DNA of 64,000 bases from contig CBDANF010000003.1 in assembly GCA_965197475.1 (NCBI GenBank), positions 1,056,001-1,120,000 on the forward strand, given 5' to 3'. The notes under the pieces were generated by a model. It saw only the letters and a program-made list of their open reading frames with translations. It was not told the origin of the DNA and ran no database searches. This DNA comes from Candidatus Poribacteria bacterium. Lineage in GTDB: Bacteria > Poribacteria > WGA-4E > WGA-3G. Below, one piece after another: positions 1 through 10,787 of the stretch; the stretch's first letter is position 1; each line of letters begins with the position of its first letter. The position numbers were made by a program, and so were the translations under genes.

Positions 1-512
1 GGAATTTCATCACCACCGATAGTTCCGAGTTTGTTTCCCTGTGTCATCATGCCAGCAATTATACCCATAAGGTAGGCGGGCTGCTCAACACGGTAGTTAG
101 TTGGGGCGATATTGTCACTTTTGTAACCACCTGAAGAGTTAATGAAAATTGTATCAGGGAAATCAGGTGCAACCCGTTTTGCGGGATCCTGAAATTCATA
201 ACCATGTCCAAAGATAAGGTCGTATCCCCTTTCCGCATAAAAACGGAAGTTCTCTTCTTGATCAGCAGGCGTTCGACTCACAACATATTTAATTTTTGCC
301 CCAAGTTCCTTTTCAATTGCCAAAAGTCCATCGTACGCTAAGGCATTCCATCCTGCGTCTGTGAATTCACCAGGCAGAAGCATTGCCACCTCAAATTCAT
401 CATTTGTTTTGGTATCTGCACATCCAGCAAGCATGAATCCGAATGTAAAAAGGCAAATCATGCAAAGCGCAGCTCTTATGCTAATCTTTATTGACCAACG
501 AACCTGTTTCAT
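1..512 (-). CDS. BMP-family ABC transporter substrate-binding lipoprotein (3' end runs off the window)
   Basis: Hand translation MKQVRW...FMLAGC (lipobox)...DAGWNALAYDG...GYDLIFGHGYEF; GAGGAG RBS upstream of the ATG at 512. Confidence 0.85.
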   Translation of the reverse strand, partial: MKQVRWSIKISIRAALCMICLFTFGFMLAGCADTKTNDEFEVAMLLPGEFTDAGWNALAYDGLLAIEKELGAKIKYVVSRTPADQEENFRFYAERGYDLIFGHGYEFQDPAKRVAPDFPDTIFINSSGGYKSDNIAPTNYRVEQPAYLMGIIAGMMTQGNKLGTIGGDEI

Positions 513-548
513 AATTATGTTCTCCTCTGTATTATTGAAACTGACACT

Positions 549-577
549 ATTATAGCATATATGTCAAGAGATGTAAA
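549..577 (-). promoter_or_regulatory. sigma70-type promoter for the BMP gene
   Basis: TTTACA-17bp-TATAAT with TG extension on the minus strand. Confidence 0.5.
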
Positions 578-610
578 TTGTAAAATGTGTTGAGTTTCAC
601 GTTGTTCAAC

Positions 611-919
611 CCATAGGTGTCAATTTAGTGTGCTGTGCTATATGCAAAAAGATGCTGATTTGTGAAGAACGCAGCACCAGCGGTGCGGAATGTGTATAGA
701 AAACGGTGTCAAATACCCTCTTGATCCCCGCCAATTGCCATAGGCGCATTTGGCGGGGATTCGCGGGGTGAAAGGTGTCTGACAACACGTGCACAAATAC
801 ACCTGTCGCCCCGCTGGGGCTTGAGTTTGGTAGGGTCGCGTGTCCTATATACACTTGTCGTCCCTCTGGGGCTTAGATATCCAAAATATAGGTTTATTTC
901 CTTAAATTGACACCTATGG
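611..919. mobile_element. MITE (309 bp) inserted in a REP-like hairpin
   Basis: Perfect 17-bp TIR CCATAGGTGTCAATTTA (611-627 / 903-919) flanked by a perfect 17-bp direct repeat GTTTCACGTTGTTCAAC (594-610 / 920-936); no transposase. Confidence 0.75.
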
Positions 920-1049
920 GTTTCACGTTGTTCAACCCGCCAAGGACCACACGCGCACTTTGCGTTGATTCATTGCGACTTTAGTCGAACTCACATTAAG
1001 CGAATGATGATAGTTTCCGATTGAAATTCTTTCCGTGCACCTTGGAAAC

Positions 1050-2336
1050 TCAAAACAGCGGTTGTGATGTTTTCCCAAGCACCTTCGGCAGCCAGAGACT
1101 CAACTCAGGAATATAAGTCACAAGTATTAAGGCTATCAACAACAAACCGATAAACAGTAGAACGGATCGGTAGAGTAGGACCACCGATTTGTCAAACTTC
1201 ATGCTTGATATAAACAGATTCATGCCTATCGGTGGTGTGAGATAGCCGATTTCAAGATTTGTTAGGACGATTATGCCGAGGTGTACTTTGTCAATCCCAA
1301 ATTGCTCGGCAATGGGCAGAAGTAATGGGACAATTATGATTATCGCTGAAAAAATATCCATCAAACACCCAACGATGAGTAGAAAGATATTGAGTCCGAT
1401 GAGTGTAATGACTCGGCTATCCGTTATTGACTGTATCCAATCAAGAACAATTATGGGCACATCGTGGTTGATGAGATAACCCGTTAACGCTTGAGCTATA
1501 CCGAGAATGATAAGAATTGCTCCGACAAGCAACATGCTCTCTTTGACAAGGCGCGGTAATGTTTTGATGGAAATTGATCTGTGGATACAAATTTCTACGA
1601 TACAGACATATATAACAGTCAATGCCGCAACTTCATCAAGTGTAACAACCCCTGATAGGATACCACCTAACACCAGAATTGGCAACATTAGTTCCCACTT
1701 CGAATCCCAGAGTGTTCGTAGGAAAACGAAAAAGTTAAACTTAGTCGTTTCAGTTTTTTTTAAGATACTCCATCCACAGCAGTAAGCACTAAGAATAAAT
1801 AGAATTATTATACCGGGGATGATGCCAGCGAAAAGCATAGTGTCAATCCTGACCTGTGCTATGATGGCGTAAAGAATTAGTGGAACACTTGGTGGGAATA
1901 GGAGTCCGATACTTCCAGAGGCAGTCACCAACCCTAATGAAAATCGGTCATTATAACTTTGCTTTAGAATTGGATAGAGCAATCCCCCAAGCGCGATAAT
2001 CGTTATACCTGAAGCCCCTGTAAAAGTGGTAAAGAAAGCACAAGTGCCGAGAACTACCATTGCAATTCCACCCGGCAACCAACCGACACTTGCGCGTGCG
2101 AATGCAACTAAACGTTGCGGTGCCTTCCCTTCTGCTATAATAAACCCAGCAAGGGTGAAGAGTGGAATAATCAGAATTGTAGAATTCTTGGTAAGTCTGT
2201 TGATATCAATCAGGATTGAAGAAATCGGTTCACCTGCGGTGGCGTATCCGATAATTGATGCGCCACCGAGAAGAACAAAGAGTGCCCCACCGAAAAGAGC
2301 GAAACCTACTAATCCTATACCGATGATTAATCCCAT
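1050..2336 (-). CDS. dctM: TRAP transporter large permease
   Basis: Highly hydrophobic; IPLFTLAG, GSIGLLFPPS and GYLTPPIGMNLF motifs. Confidence 0.9.
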   Translation of the reverse strand: MGLIIGIGLVGFALFGGALFVLLGGASIIGYATAGEPISSILIDINRLTKNSTILIIPLFTLAGFIIAEGKAPQRLVAFARASVGWLPGGIAMVVLGTCAFFTTFTGASGITIIALGGLLYPILKQSYNDRFSLGLVTASGSIGLLFPPSVPLILYAIIAQVRIDTMLFAGIIPGIIILFILSAYCCGWSILKKTETTKFNFFVFLRTLWDSKWELMLPILVLGGILSGVVTLDEVAALTVIYVCIVEICIHRSISIKTLPRLVKESMLLVGAILIILGIAQALTGYLINHDVPIIVLDWIQSITDSRVITLIGLNIFLLIVGCLMDIFSAIIIIVPLLLPIAEQFGIDKVHLGIIVLTNLEIGYLTPPIGMNLFISSMKFDKSVVLLYRSVLLFIGLLLIALILVTYIPELSLWLPKVLGKTSQPLF

Positions 2337-2863
2337 TAGTCCGATTCTCCTTCAACAGCACCCTGAGTATATTCACGTTCTACCAAACGGATACAAATCT
2401 GGAGCACCAAGTGAATCCCGATAAGAACGAACCCTATCGGGATAATGATCTTTGCCCACCAGAGCGGGACCGACCCTATCAGTGTTGCGGGACTTTTTTG
2501 TTCTTCTATCAGAAAAACAAAGCCGAAATAGGCTAAAATGCTCACAATAATCAGGCTGAGAACATCAATAATATAGGAACTGAAGCGTATGACGTTTTCA
2601 GGCAAAATCCGACTGAGAACATCAATACTGATGTGTCGTCTTTCAGAGGATGCGAGTGCAGCACCTAAAAAACACAACCAGAGTGTCAAGTTCTGAAGCA
2701 TCAGATGTTTCCATAACAGGCTTGTCTTGAAGCCGTAACGCAAGACTATTTCAAGTATCGCAAGCCCAATCATCATTGCAACAATCAGACATAACAAACC
2801 GGTTTCAATTTTGCCAAGGAAGGTATTTATGCGTTGTAAGTAGTTCTTTGAAGAAGATTCCAT
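2336..2863 (-). CDS. dctQ: TRAP transporter small permease
   Basis: 4 TM segments, LWLCFLGAALAS..RHISID motif, adjacent to dctM. Confidence 0.85.
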   Translation of the reverse strand: MESSSKNYLQRINTFLGKIETGLLCLIVAMMIGLAILEIVLRYGFKTSLLWKHLMLQNLTLWLCFLGAALASSERRHISIDVLSRILPENVIRFSSYIIDVLSLIIVSILAYFGFVFLIEEQKSPATLIGSVPLWWAKIIIPIGFVLIGIHLVLQICIRLVEREYTQGAVEGESD

Positions 2864-2875
2864 CAGAGTCCTCTG

Positions 2876-4198
2876 TTATTTATCCTCTGCGAATACCTGA
2901 ATTCCTGCTGAAGGTAGGACTGTGACTTTCGCTTTTGCTGGAAGTTTTTCAGCAAACAGTTGGATAAGTTGTTCCAAGTCGCGGAAGAGGCGGGCATTTG
3001 CGTGCTTTTTGTAAAAATCCTCTACCAAAAAATGTTCCGACCAGACGTGTAGTTGATCCTGACTTCCAAGTTTGGGTTCGGGGAGTTCAGGCGGGGTTCT
3101 TTCTGCTCTCTGCTCAAGATAGCGGGTATAATCCATTTGATCAAACAACCCATGGTAGCAGATACCATCACTTGCAGGATTAAGTGCCATCTGATATGCC
3201 TTTTCAAAATAACTGGTTGCCCACAACGCCTTTCCCGTTTGGATTAGGCCATCTGATATGCCTTTTCAAAATAACTGGTTGCCCACAACGCCTTTCCCGT
3301 TTGGATAGGATCGCTGTCAAGCGGATAACAATTTAGCACAACCAGATCAGTTTCTTTCCGAGATTGCATCGGTATCTCTGTCCTGTAGGTTTCTAAAGCG
3401 AAATATGCACCAGCGCGATGTGCCTGTACGAAAGTCTCCAGCGAATAATCCACAAATCTCCCGTCGTGAATTTAGAACAACATTTGCGATAACATCAAGA
3501 CCGATGACAGTGGCAACCTCTTCAGCAAAATCTCGGTGGTCAAAGGTATTGCTCTTTTTTTTTATGACAGCATGCCCACGACTCGGTGAAAAAGTGTGAA
3601 AATAGAACATCGTCGCAAATCCAGAGACACCCGGAACAATCAACTTTGCTCCGCCTCCAAATCCAACGGAACCGTGAGGATAGATACCTCCCAAACAGAT
3701 TTTGAAATCAGCATCTGCAACAACACTGTTGATATAGATAGGCATTCCGTTACCGAGCCTTCCATACCCACGTAGGTCACCGCTCATAAAGTTATGGCTT
3801 GTCACCTCATATTCTGCCGCGATGTCAGTGCCGACTTTTTTCGCTATTTCTTTATCTGTAAGAGGTCGGTGCGATCCGCCGCCAACAACAAACCTGATTT
3901 CTGATTTCGGAACGCCTGCTGATGCAAGTTCGTGCAGTAGAAACGGAATAACTTTTGCTGCAGGGGTCGGACGGCTCAGGTCATCAACAATGATGGCAGC
4001 ACTCTTTTTGCCTTTTGCTAATTCCACAATACGAGGTGTGCCGATCGGTTCTGCAAACGCGCGTTCAATCTGTTTGTCAGAGAGTGCTGGTGCGTCCTTC
4101 GGTCCCAAAACTTCTACCTCCCAGTCCGTTGGGAAGTTCAACGTCAGTTTCTCATCTCCATACCATGCACGAGAATGGACTGTTGCGGTATTGTTCAT
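2876..4198 (-). pseudogene. LarA-like (lactate racemase family) paralog disrupted by a frameshift and a tandem duplication
   Basis: ORFs 3347-4198, 3244-3453 and 2876-3226 together align with the intact paralog 4287-5543; extra T near 3431; 62-bp duplication near 3186-3306. Confidence 0.8.
3186..3306. repeat. Tandem duplication (59 bp identical, 62-bp period)
   Basis: GCCATCTGATATG...CCCGTTTGGAT at 3186-3244 and 3248-3306. Confidence 0.95.
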
Positions 4199-4286
4199 GA
4201 TTGCCCTCCATTTCTGAATCTGGAATCCACGAATAAGCGTAGATATGTCCTATTCTGAACGTGAGTTTGACTTAAGCCGTAGTGTT

Positions 4287-5543
4287 TTAATTTGGTGTTA
4301 ATACCTGAATTCCCGCCACTGGTAAGACAGCAACTTTTGCACGTGCTGGAAGTTTTTCCGTTAATAGTTCAATTAGTTGACCTAAGTCTCGAAAAAGAAG
4401 AGATGAGGGATATTCCTTGTAGAAGTCATCTACTCCAAAATGTTCAGACCACACGTGCAGTTGTGTGCGTCTTCCGAGTTTCGGCGTGGGAGGATCAGAC
4501 GGAACCTGTTCGGCTTTCTGCTTAAGATACCGCGGATAATCAAGCCGGTCGAACAGTCCATGGAAGCATGATCCATCGGATGCGGGATAGAGTGCAATCG
4601 TATAAGCGTTTTCAAAATAGGAAAAAGCAGCGAGTGCCTTATCAAGTTGAATCGCATCAGCATCAAGGGGATAGCAGTTAATCACCACAAGATCGCTCTC
4701 TGTCCGTGTAGTTTCCGATATTTCCGTTCTGTAGGTATCCATCGCAAAATGTGCTCCTTTACGATGTGCTTTAATGAAATCTCCTACGAACAACCCACAG
4801 ATTTCACGGCGGCTATTAAGGACCATATTGGCAATAGCATCAAGACCAAGCACAGTTGCTGCCATTTCAATGGTATCGCGACGATCTGGTTCATCACTCT
4901 GTCTCTCAATCACTGCGGGCCCACGTCCCGGTGGAAAAGTATGAAAATAGTACATCGTGGAAAATCCAGCGGTACCGGGAACAATTAGTTTTGCACCGCC
5001 ACTAAAACCTACCGAGCTGTGAGGGTAGATACCACCAAGACAGATTTTGAAGTCTGAATCTGCGACAGTCCGATTGATATAGACAGGTGTGCCGTTTTCA
5101 AGGTTTCCTAACGCGCGCAGGTCGCCGCTAAGGAAATTATGATTAGTTGCCTCATATTCCGCTGCGATATCGGCACCAACTTTCTTGACTATCTCATCTT
5201 CGGAGATGGGACGGTGTGCCCCAACACCTACGACAAATCGAATTTCTGATTTCGGTACACCGGCAGCGAAGAGTTCCCGTAGCAAAAACGGAATTACTTT
5301 AAAGGCAGGGGTCGGACGGCTCAGATCATCTACGATGATAGCAGCACTTTTTTTGCCTTTCGCGAGTTCAGCGATACGTTTTGTGCCGATTGGTTCTGTG
5401 AATGCTTGTTCAATTTGCGCGTCAGAAAGTGCTGGCGCATCGGTAGGATTCAGTATCTCCACTTCCCAACCGATTGGAAAATTCAGTGTAAGTTCGTTAT
5501 CCCTGTACCATGCCCCAGAAAGGACAGTGGCAGTGTTGTTCAT
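4287..5543 (-). CDS. LarA-family nickel-pincer-dependent racemase/epimerase homolog
   Basis: DDLSRPTP, GAHRP, YPH..GFSGGAK and FHTF match the LarA D72/R75, H108, H174, K184 and H200 positions. Confidence 0.8.
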   Translation of the reverse strand: MNNTATVLSGAWYRDNELTLNFPIGWEVEILNPTDAPALSDAQIEQAFTEPIGTKRIAELAKGKKSAAIIVDDLSRPTPAFKVIPFLLRELFAAGVPKSEIRFVVGVGAHRPISEDEIVKKVGADIAAEYEATNHNFLSGDLRALGNLENGTPVYINRTVADSDFKICLGGIYPHSSVGFSGGAKLIVPGTAGFSTMYYFHTFPPGRGPAVIERQSDEPDRRDTIEMAATVLGLDAIANMVLNSRREICGLFVGDFIKAHRKGAHFAMDTYRTEISETTRTESDLVVINCYPLDADAIQLDKALAAFSYFENAYTIALYPASDGSCFHGLFDRLDYPRYLKQKAEQVPSDPPTPKLGRRTQLHVWSEHFGVDDFYKEYPSSLLFRDLGQLIELLTEKLPARAKVAVLPVAGIQVLTPN

Positions 5544-7168
5544 GCCTCATCTCCTGATTCAGTTTTTTCTCGTTGATGTAACAGTACCGCTGTAATAAAT
5601 TCTCGAAATAGCGGGTGCGGTGCAAGAGGTTTAGATTGAAATTCAGGATGAAATTGTGAACCAACCATCCACGGGTGATCGGTTACCTCAGCAATTTCGA
5701 CGAGGCTCCCATCAGGTGACACGCCGCTAAAACGGAGTCCCGCATCTTTTAATTCCGAACGGTAGTTGTTATTCAATTCATAGCGATGTCTATGCCGTTC
5801 CAAGATAATAGGTTGTTGATACGCTTCATAACTTTTGGTGTTTTCCTTAAGAACACATGGGTAATGTCCAAGCCGCATCGTTGCGCCTTTGTCGGCTATT
5901 GCGCGTTGTTCCAACATTAAATCTATGACAGGATACGGAGTTTTCTCATCAACTTCGGTGCTGTTTGCATTTTTTAGGTTCGCGACGTTTTGAGCAAATT
6001 CAATTACAAGACACTGCATCCCAAGACATAAACCAAAATAGGGCACATGATTTTCGCGAGCGTATTTAACTGCTGTTATCATTCCTTCGATACCACGATC
6101 GCCAAATCCACCCGGCACCAAAATTCCGTCAATATTTTCAAATACTCCATCAATATCGGGATGATCTGTCAACGTTTCAGCTTCTATCCATTCAATATGG
6201 ACATCAGCTTCATTGGCAATGCCACCATGTTTAATAGCTTCTTGGACACTAATATAGGCATCATTCCCAGTAGTGTATTTTCCTACGATAGCGATGTTCG
6301 TGGTGTGCTTGGGATTTTTAAGTTTTTCCACCATCGCTATCCATTCAGCATCCAACGTTGCACGTCTCTCAAGACCTAATTTTTTCGAGACGAGATGTCC
6401 CATACCCTGTTCTTCAAAATTGAGGGGAATTTCATCTACGCATTTTGTATCTAAACCTTCAAGAATCGATTCCTCACTAATACCACAGAGGAGTGCAATC
6501 TTTCTACGCACGCTGTCATCAATGTGTTGACTTGTGCGGCATAACAACAAATCGGGGTGGATACCCAATTCTTGGAGTTTTCTAATGCTGTGTTGCGTAG
6601 GTTTACTCTTGCTTTCACCATTGGGCAAGGTATAGATGAGCGAGACGTGGAGGAACAACGTATTTTCTCGTCCGACCTCCATAGCCATTTGTCGGATAGC
6701 TTCAACAAACGGTGGTGTTTCAAAATCACCGATGGTCCCACCTATTTCCGTGATGACGATGTCAACATTGCTGTCTTTTCCTATCTGATAGATACGACGT
6801 TTGATTTCGTCGGTAATATGTGGAATAAGTTGAACTGTTTGACCGAGGTAATCACCACGCCGTTCTTTTTGAATCACTTCATTATAAACAGAACCGGTCG
6901 TAAAATTAGATTGTTGGTTCAGGTCTACGCCCAAAAAACGTTCATAGTTTCCTACATCTAAGTCTGTTTCAGCACCGTCATGGGTTACAAAAACCTCACC
7001 GTGTTGGAAGGGATTCATTACCCCCGCATCAACATTCAGATACGGATCAATTTTTACAACGTTGACTTTGAAGCCTCGATTAATGAGCAATCTGCCTAAC
7101 GATGCGGTTGTAATTCCTTTACCTATTCCTGAGATAACGCCGCCTGTTACAAAGATATATTTTGTCAT
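5540..7168 (-). CDS. pyrG: CTP synthase
   Basis: TKYIFVTGGVISGIGKG, KIDPYLNVDAG, GLCLGMQ, QFHPEF. Confidence 0.97.
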   Translation of the reverse strand: MTKYIFVTGGVISGIGKGITTASLGRLLINRGFKVNVVKIDPYLNVDAGVMNPFQHGEVFVTHDGAETDLDVGNYERFLGVDLNQQSNFTTGSVYNEVIQKERRGDYLGQTVQLIPHITDEIKRRIYQIGKDSNVDIVITEIGGTIGDFETPPFVEAIRQMAMEVGRENTLFLHVSLIYTLPNGESKSKPTQHSIRKLQELGIHPDLLLCRTSQHIDDSVRRKIALLCGISEESILEGLDTKCVDEIPLNFEEQGMGHLVSKKLGLERRATLDAEWIAMVEKLKNPKHTTNIAIVGKYTTGNDAYISVQEAIKHGGIANEADVHIEWIEAETLTDHPDIDGVFENIDGILVPGGFGDRGIEGMITAVKYARENHVPYFGLCLGMQCLVIEFAQNVANLKNANSTEVDEKTPYPVIDLMLEQRAIADKGATMRLGHYPCVLKENTKSYEAYQQPIILERHRHRYELNNNYRSELKDAGLRFSGVSPDGSLVEIAEVTDHPWMVGSQFHPEFQSKPLAPHPLFREFITAVLLHQREKTESGDEA

Positions 7169-7920
7169 TTTCTTTCAATGCCTCTCTTTTCTAAAATCTG
7201 TTTTACCCGTTCTAAGTCTTCAGGCACATCTACTCCAATAAGGGGGGTGTCGGTTTCAACGACATGAATGGGGATGCCGTGTTCTAAAAAACGTAACTGC
7301 TCTAAACCCTCAGCAACCTCATAAGGGGTGCGCTCCCAAGATGTGAATGCCAGGAGTTGTTCCTTGCGAAATGCATATAATCCAATATGTCTATACACTA
7401 AAGCATTTTGATCAAAATTATGCTGCTTGTTTATCGGTGTGCTGGGAATAGAACTTCTCGAAAAATATAACGCATCACCTTGAAGATTCGTAACGACTTT
7501 AACGACATTCCGGTTAAGGTAATCTGGGTTAGCGTAAATTCGCTCTTTTAAGGTGCAAACCTGTACCTCTGGTCTATCTATGAACGGCTGAAGCATCATA
7601 TCTAACTGTTCGGGTTCAAGCAATGGTTCATCACCTTGTATGTTAACAACAACATCACATGTCAATTGTTCAGCAACAAGCGACACACGGTCGGTTCCGG
7701 TAGCGCACTCCGGTGTCATCTGGACATTTCCATCAAAACTTTTAACAGCATCGTAGATGCGTTGGTCGTCCGTTGCGATGATAACTTGGCTAAGCATTTT
7801 AGACCTACAGGCACGTTCGTATACATGCTGCACCATCGGTTTCCCAAAAATATCTGCTAACGCTTTTCCCTCAAAACGGCTTGAGGCATATCGAGCTGGG
7901 ATAATTCCTATACTTTTCAA
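7165..7920 (-). CDS. kdsB: 3-deoxy-manno-octulosonate cytidylyltransferase
   Basis: IIPARYASSRF.GK.L, NIQGDEP, EGLEQLR; TTG start. Confidence 0.93.
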   Translation of the reverse strand: MKSIGIIPARYASSRFEGKALADIFGKPMVQHVYERACRSKMLSQVIIATDDQRIYDAVKSFDGNVQMTPECATGTDRVSLVAEQLTCDVVVNIQGDEPLLEPEQLDMMLQPFIDRPEVQVCTLKERIYANPDYLNRNVVKVVTNLQGDALYFSRSSIPSTPINKQHNFDQNALVYRHIGLYAFRKEQLLAFTSWERTPYEVAEGLEQLRFLEHGIPIHVVETDTPLIGVDVPEDLERVKQILEKRGIERK

Positions 7921-9729
7921 ATGTTGTTTCTCTCTTTGCGCGGTAAATTTTGATACATTATCACCCCACTAATAATTGCTATGAATAGAAAAATTAATCC
8001 GGTTCCGGTAAAACCTAATAGGAGTTTGCCAAAAGCGAATAAAGTAGAATAGACAAAAATCACACCGTTAACCCAATCAAGTAAAGCAGGTGTACCACTC
8101 GTAAACTCTCTTGCATGAGTAAGTTTTGTATTGTCTATCGTATCAACGTTTGTAAGTTCTTCTTTTATTAATTTAACAATGGGTTTCCACCCTTTCACAC
8201 CGGGGTGCACCCTTTGATAGAAAGCGATTAGCTTTTCTTTTGAAACAGGAGTTCGTTAAAAATGTAACGAACAACCAAATATATGTAGAACTTGGTACAA
8301 TAATCAGCATTTTGAGTGCGAAGTCATCTTTCGTTGCAGGGTGTAAAAACACAACGATTGAAACAACTAACGCTGCAAACATCGCTGAAATCTCGGACCA
8401 TGCGTTAATTCGCCACCAGTACCAGCGAAGAATTTGCACAAGTCCGATGCCAGCATTTATTGCAATTAGAAATTTCCATGCTTCAGCAATGGAATTCATG
8501 AATAGGCTTGTAACACCTGCAATTAGCATGATGAGTATTACCGAAATGCGCGAGACAGTAACATAATGTCCAGGTGTTGCTTCAGGTTTAAAAAAGCGTT
8601 TATAAAAATCGTTGACGAGGTAGGATGCTCCCCAGTTCAGATGTGTGTCGATCGTTGACATGAACGCTGCCAAAAACGCAGTGAGCATGAAACCGAGCAG
8701 TCCGACAGGTAGATAGTCAAGCATTAGCATCGGGTAGCCAGCTTCGGCATCCTGCAGTGCGGGGTTGATATGTTCAGGGTCGCCAAGTCCAGGATAAACC
8801 ACCATTGCGACCAATGCAACGAGTATCCACGGCCACGGACGGAGTGTATAGTGAGCGATATTGAACCACAAGGTTGCAAGAAGCGTGTGCCGTTCATTTT
8901 TCGCTGCAAACATCCTTTGTGCAATGTATCCGCTTCCATCTACACCGTTAGATGCCCACCACTGCATTCCGAGATATACACCAAAGGTTATAATAGCCAT
9001 TTTGCCAGCACTGAAATCAGGGGAAAAATTCAGTATATTGTGTTCTGCACCGTAGACATCAACCAATTTCTCTTTCAGCACGCCAATACCGCCTATCTTG
9101 TTAACGGCAATAATGGCGAGTGCAATTGATCCGACCATTGCCATGCCAAACTGCACAAGGTCAGTCATGACAACGCCCCAAAACCCAGACAACGCGCAGT
9201 ATATACCTGCGATTAGGAGGCATCCTAAAACAACGACTACTTTTGTATATGCAGTATCAGGTAAGTTGAAAGTGAGCACAACTATTTTCTGCATCGCAAG
9301 GATAACCCATCCCATTGTAATGCAGTTAATTGGCAAACCAATATAGAGGGCACGGAAGCCGCGCAGGAAACTTGCAGAAGGTCCCGAGTAACGGAGTTCA
9401 GTAAATTCAACATCAGTTATAATTTCGGAACGCCGCCACAATCGAGAAAAGAGAAATGTTGCTAACATTCCGCTCAAAACTGCGTTCCACCATAACCAAT
9501 TACCTGCTATTCCGTCTTTGACGACAATTCCAGTGACCGCAAGTGGTGTGTCGGCTGCGAATGTAGTCGCGACCATAGAGGTGCCAGCTAACCACCACGG
9601 GAGATTGCGTCCGGATACAAAAAATTCGTTGATATTTTTCCCTGCTCGTTTAGAAAAATAGATTCCGAGTCCGAGTGCAAAAATAATATAACCGATAACA
9701 ATTGCCCAATCAATAGGTGAAATATTCAT
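7917..9729 (-). CDS. Sodium:solute symporter (SSS) family protein, frameshifted near 8252
   Basis: EFFVSGRNLPWWLAGTSMVATTFAADTP, AAFMSTIDT; the C-terminal part (FYQRVHPG...) continues in ORF 7917-8210 after one extra base. Confidence 0.85.
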
Positions 9730-9905
9730 TTGGTTTCCTCCAAAGTCCTTAGATTTAATTTATCTTAATACACCGTTAAAATCAAGGAAAAACTCTGAAT
9801 TTCATTTGCAGGAACGAAGGAAAAGATGGTAAACTTAAGTGGTAGACTTAAAAGGTTAATGAATCCCTATTAGGGAGAATAAATTTTACAAAGGAGTATC
9901 GCAAA

Positions 9906-10697
9906 ATGAAACGCAGTATTTTAATTCTCGTATATTTGTTTTTGACATTTCAAATGAGCAGTTTGTCCGCTGATGTTTTGGATCCGGACCTTGTGCTATA
10001 TTTTGATTATGAAGAGTTTACGGGAGATAAGGTGGTCGAAAAATCAGGACGTGGTTACGATGGCAAAATCAATGGAAAAGTGACACAATCTAACGATGGA
10101 AAGTTTGGTAAAGCAGCACATTTTGACTCAGGTAGTTTTCTCGATTTAGACGGTCCTAACATCAACCCTGACGATATTCCCACGGAGGGAATGAGCGTTG
10201 TCGCGTGGATTAACGTTGAAGCTATTGCGGACATGGCGATTTTCAACGCGCTCGCAGGAGATGAGACGTGGCTTGTGCACCCTGAGGCTCGTGGTGATGG
10301 TAATTATCGTTGGCTAAATCGGAGTTCAGATATGACAACAATATTCGATATAAAAGCAGGTAAAAACATTGCCAACGGATGGGTACATTATGCTGGCACG
10401 TTCAGCCGCGAAGAAAGAATGGCTTTCCTCTATATCAACGGTGTCAAAGTTGGTGAGGAAAAGGCACGCGTGGGAACCCCTATTGCCCCAGATTGGGATT
10501 TAGGAGCCCGCGTCGGCTATAACATTGACAATATGCGTCCCTTCAACGGCCTCATGGATGAGCTAAACGTTTGGAAGCGCGGGTTAACGCAAGCGGAAGT
10601 AGAATCTATTATGAATAACGGTATCACTGAATTTCTTGCTGTTGAAGCGCGCGGTAAATTGACAACAACGTGGGGAAGATTGAAAGTTTCGCAGTAA
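9906..10697 (+). CDS. Secreted LamG-like jellyroll protein with C-terminal GKLTTTWGRLK motif
   Basis: Signal peptide; LVLYFDY, GKFGKA, WVHYAGT, LYING, FNGLMDELNVW. Confidence 0.85.
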   Translation: MKRSILILVYLFLTFQMSSLSADVLDPDLVLYFDYEEFTGDKVVEKSGRGYDGKINGKVTQSNDGKFGKAAHFDSGSFLDLDGPNINPDDIPTEGMSVVAWINVEAIADMAIFNALAGDETWLVHPEARGDGNYRWLNRSSDMTTIFDIKAGKNIANGWVHYAGTFSREERMAFLYINGVKVGEEKARVGTPIAPDWDLGARVGYNIDNMRPFNGLMDELNVWKRGLTQAEVESIMNNGITEFLAVEARGKLTTTWGRLKVSQ

Positions 10698-10721
10698 TAA
10701 TTTTCTGTAGACAGAAACCAT

Positions 10722-10782
10722 GTAGGCGCGCTTTGTAAGCGCGCTGTTAAAAAGTGTCCAAGTAATTGTATGCTTTACTATA
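10722..10782 (+). repeat. ~60-bp GTAG-REP element (family A)
   Basis: GTAGGCGCGCTTTGTAAGCGCGC hairpin plus tail ending TACTATA; homologs at 13937, 48124, 59297. Confidence 0.75.
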
Positions 10783-10787
10783 AAAGA

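Noticed and set aside
606-854. 82-aa ORF inside the MITE
   Set aside because: Spans palindromic non-coding repeats; no transposase features
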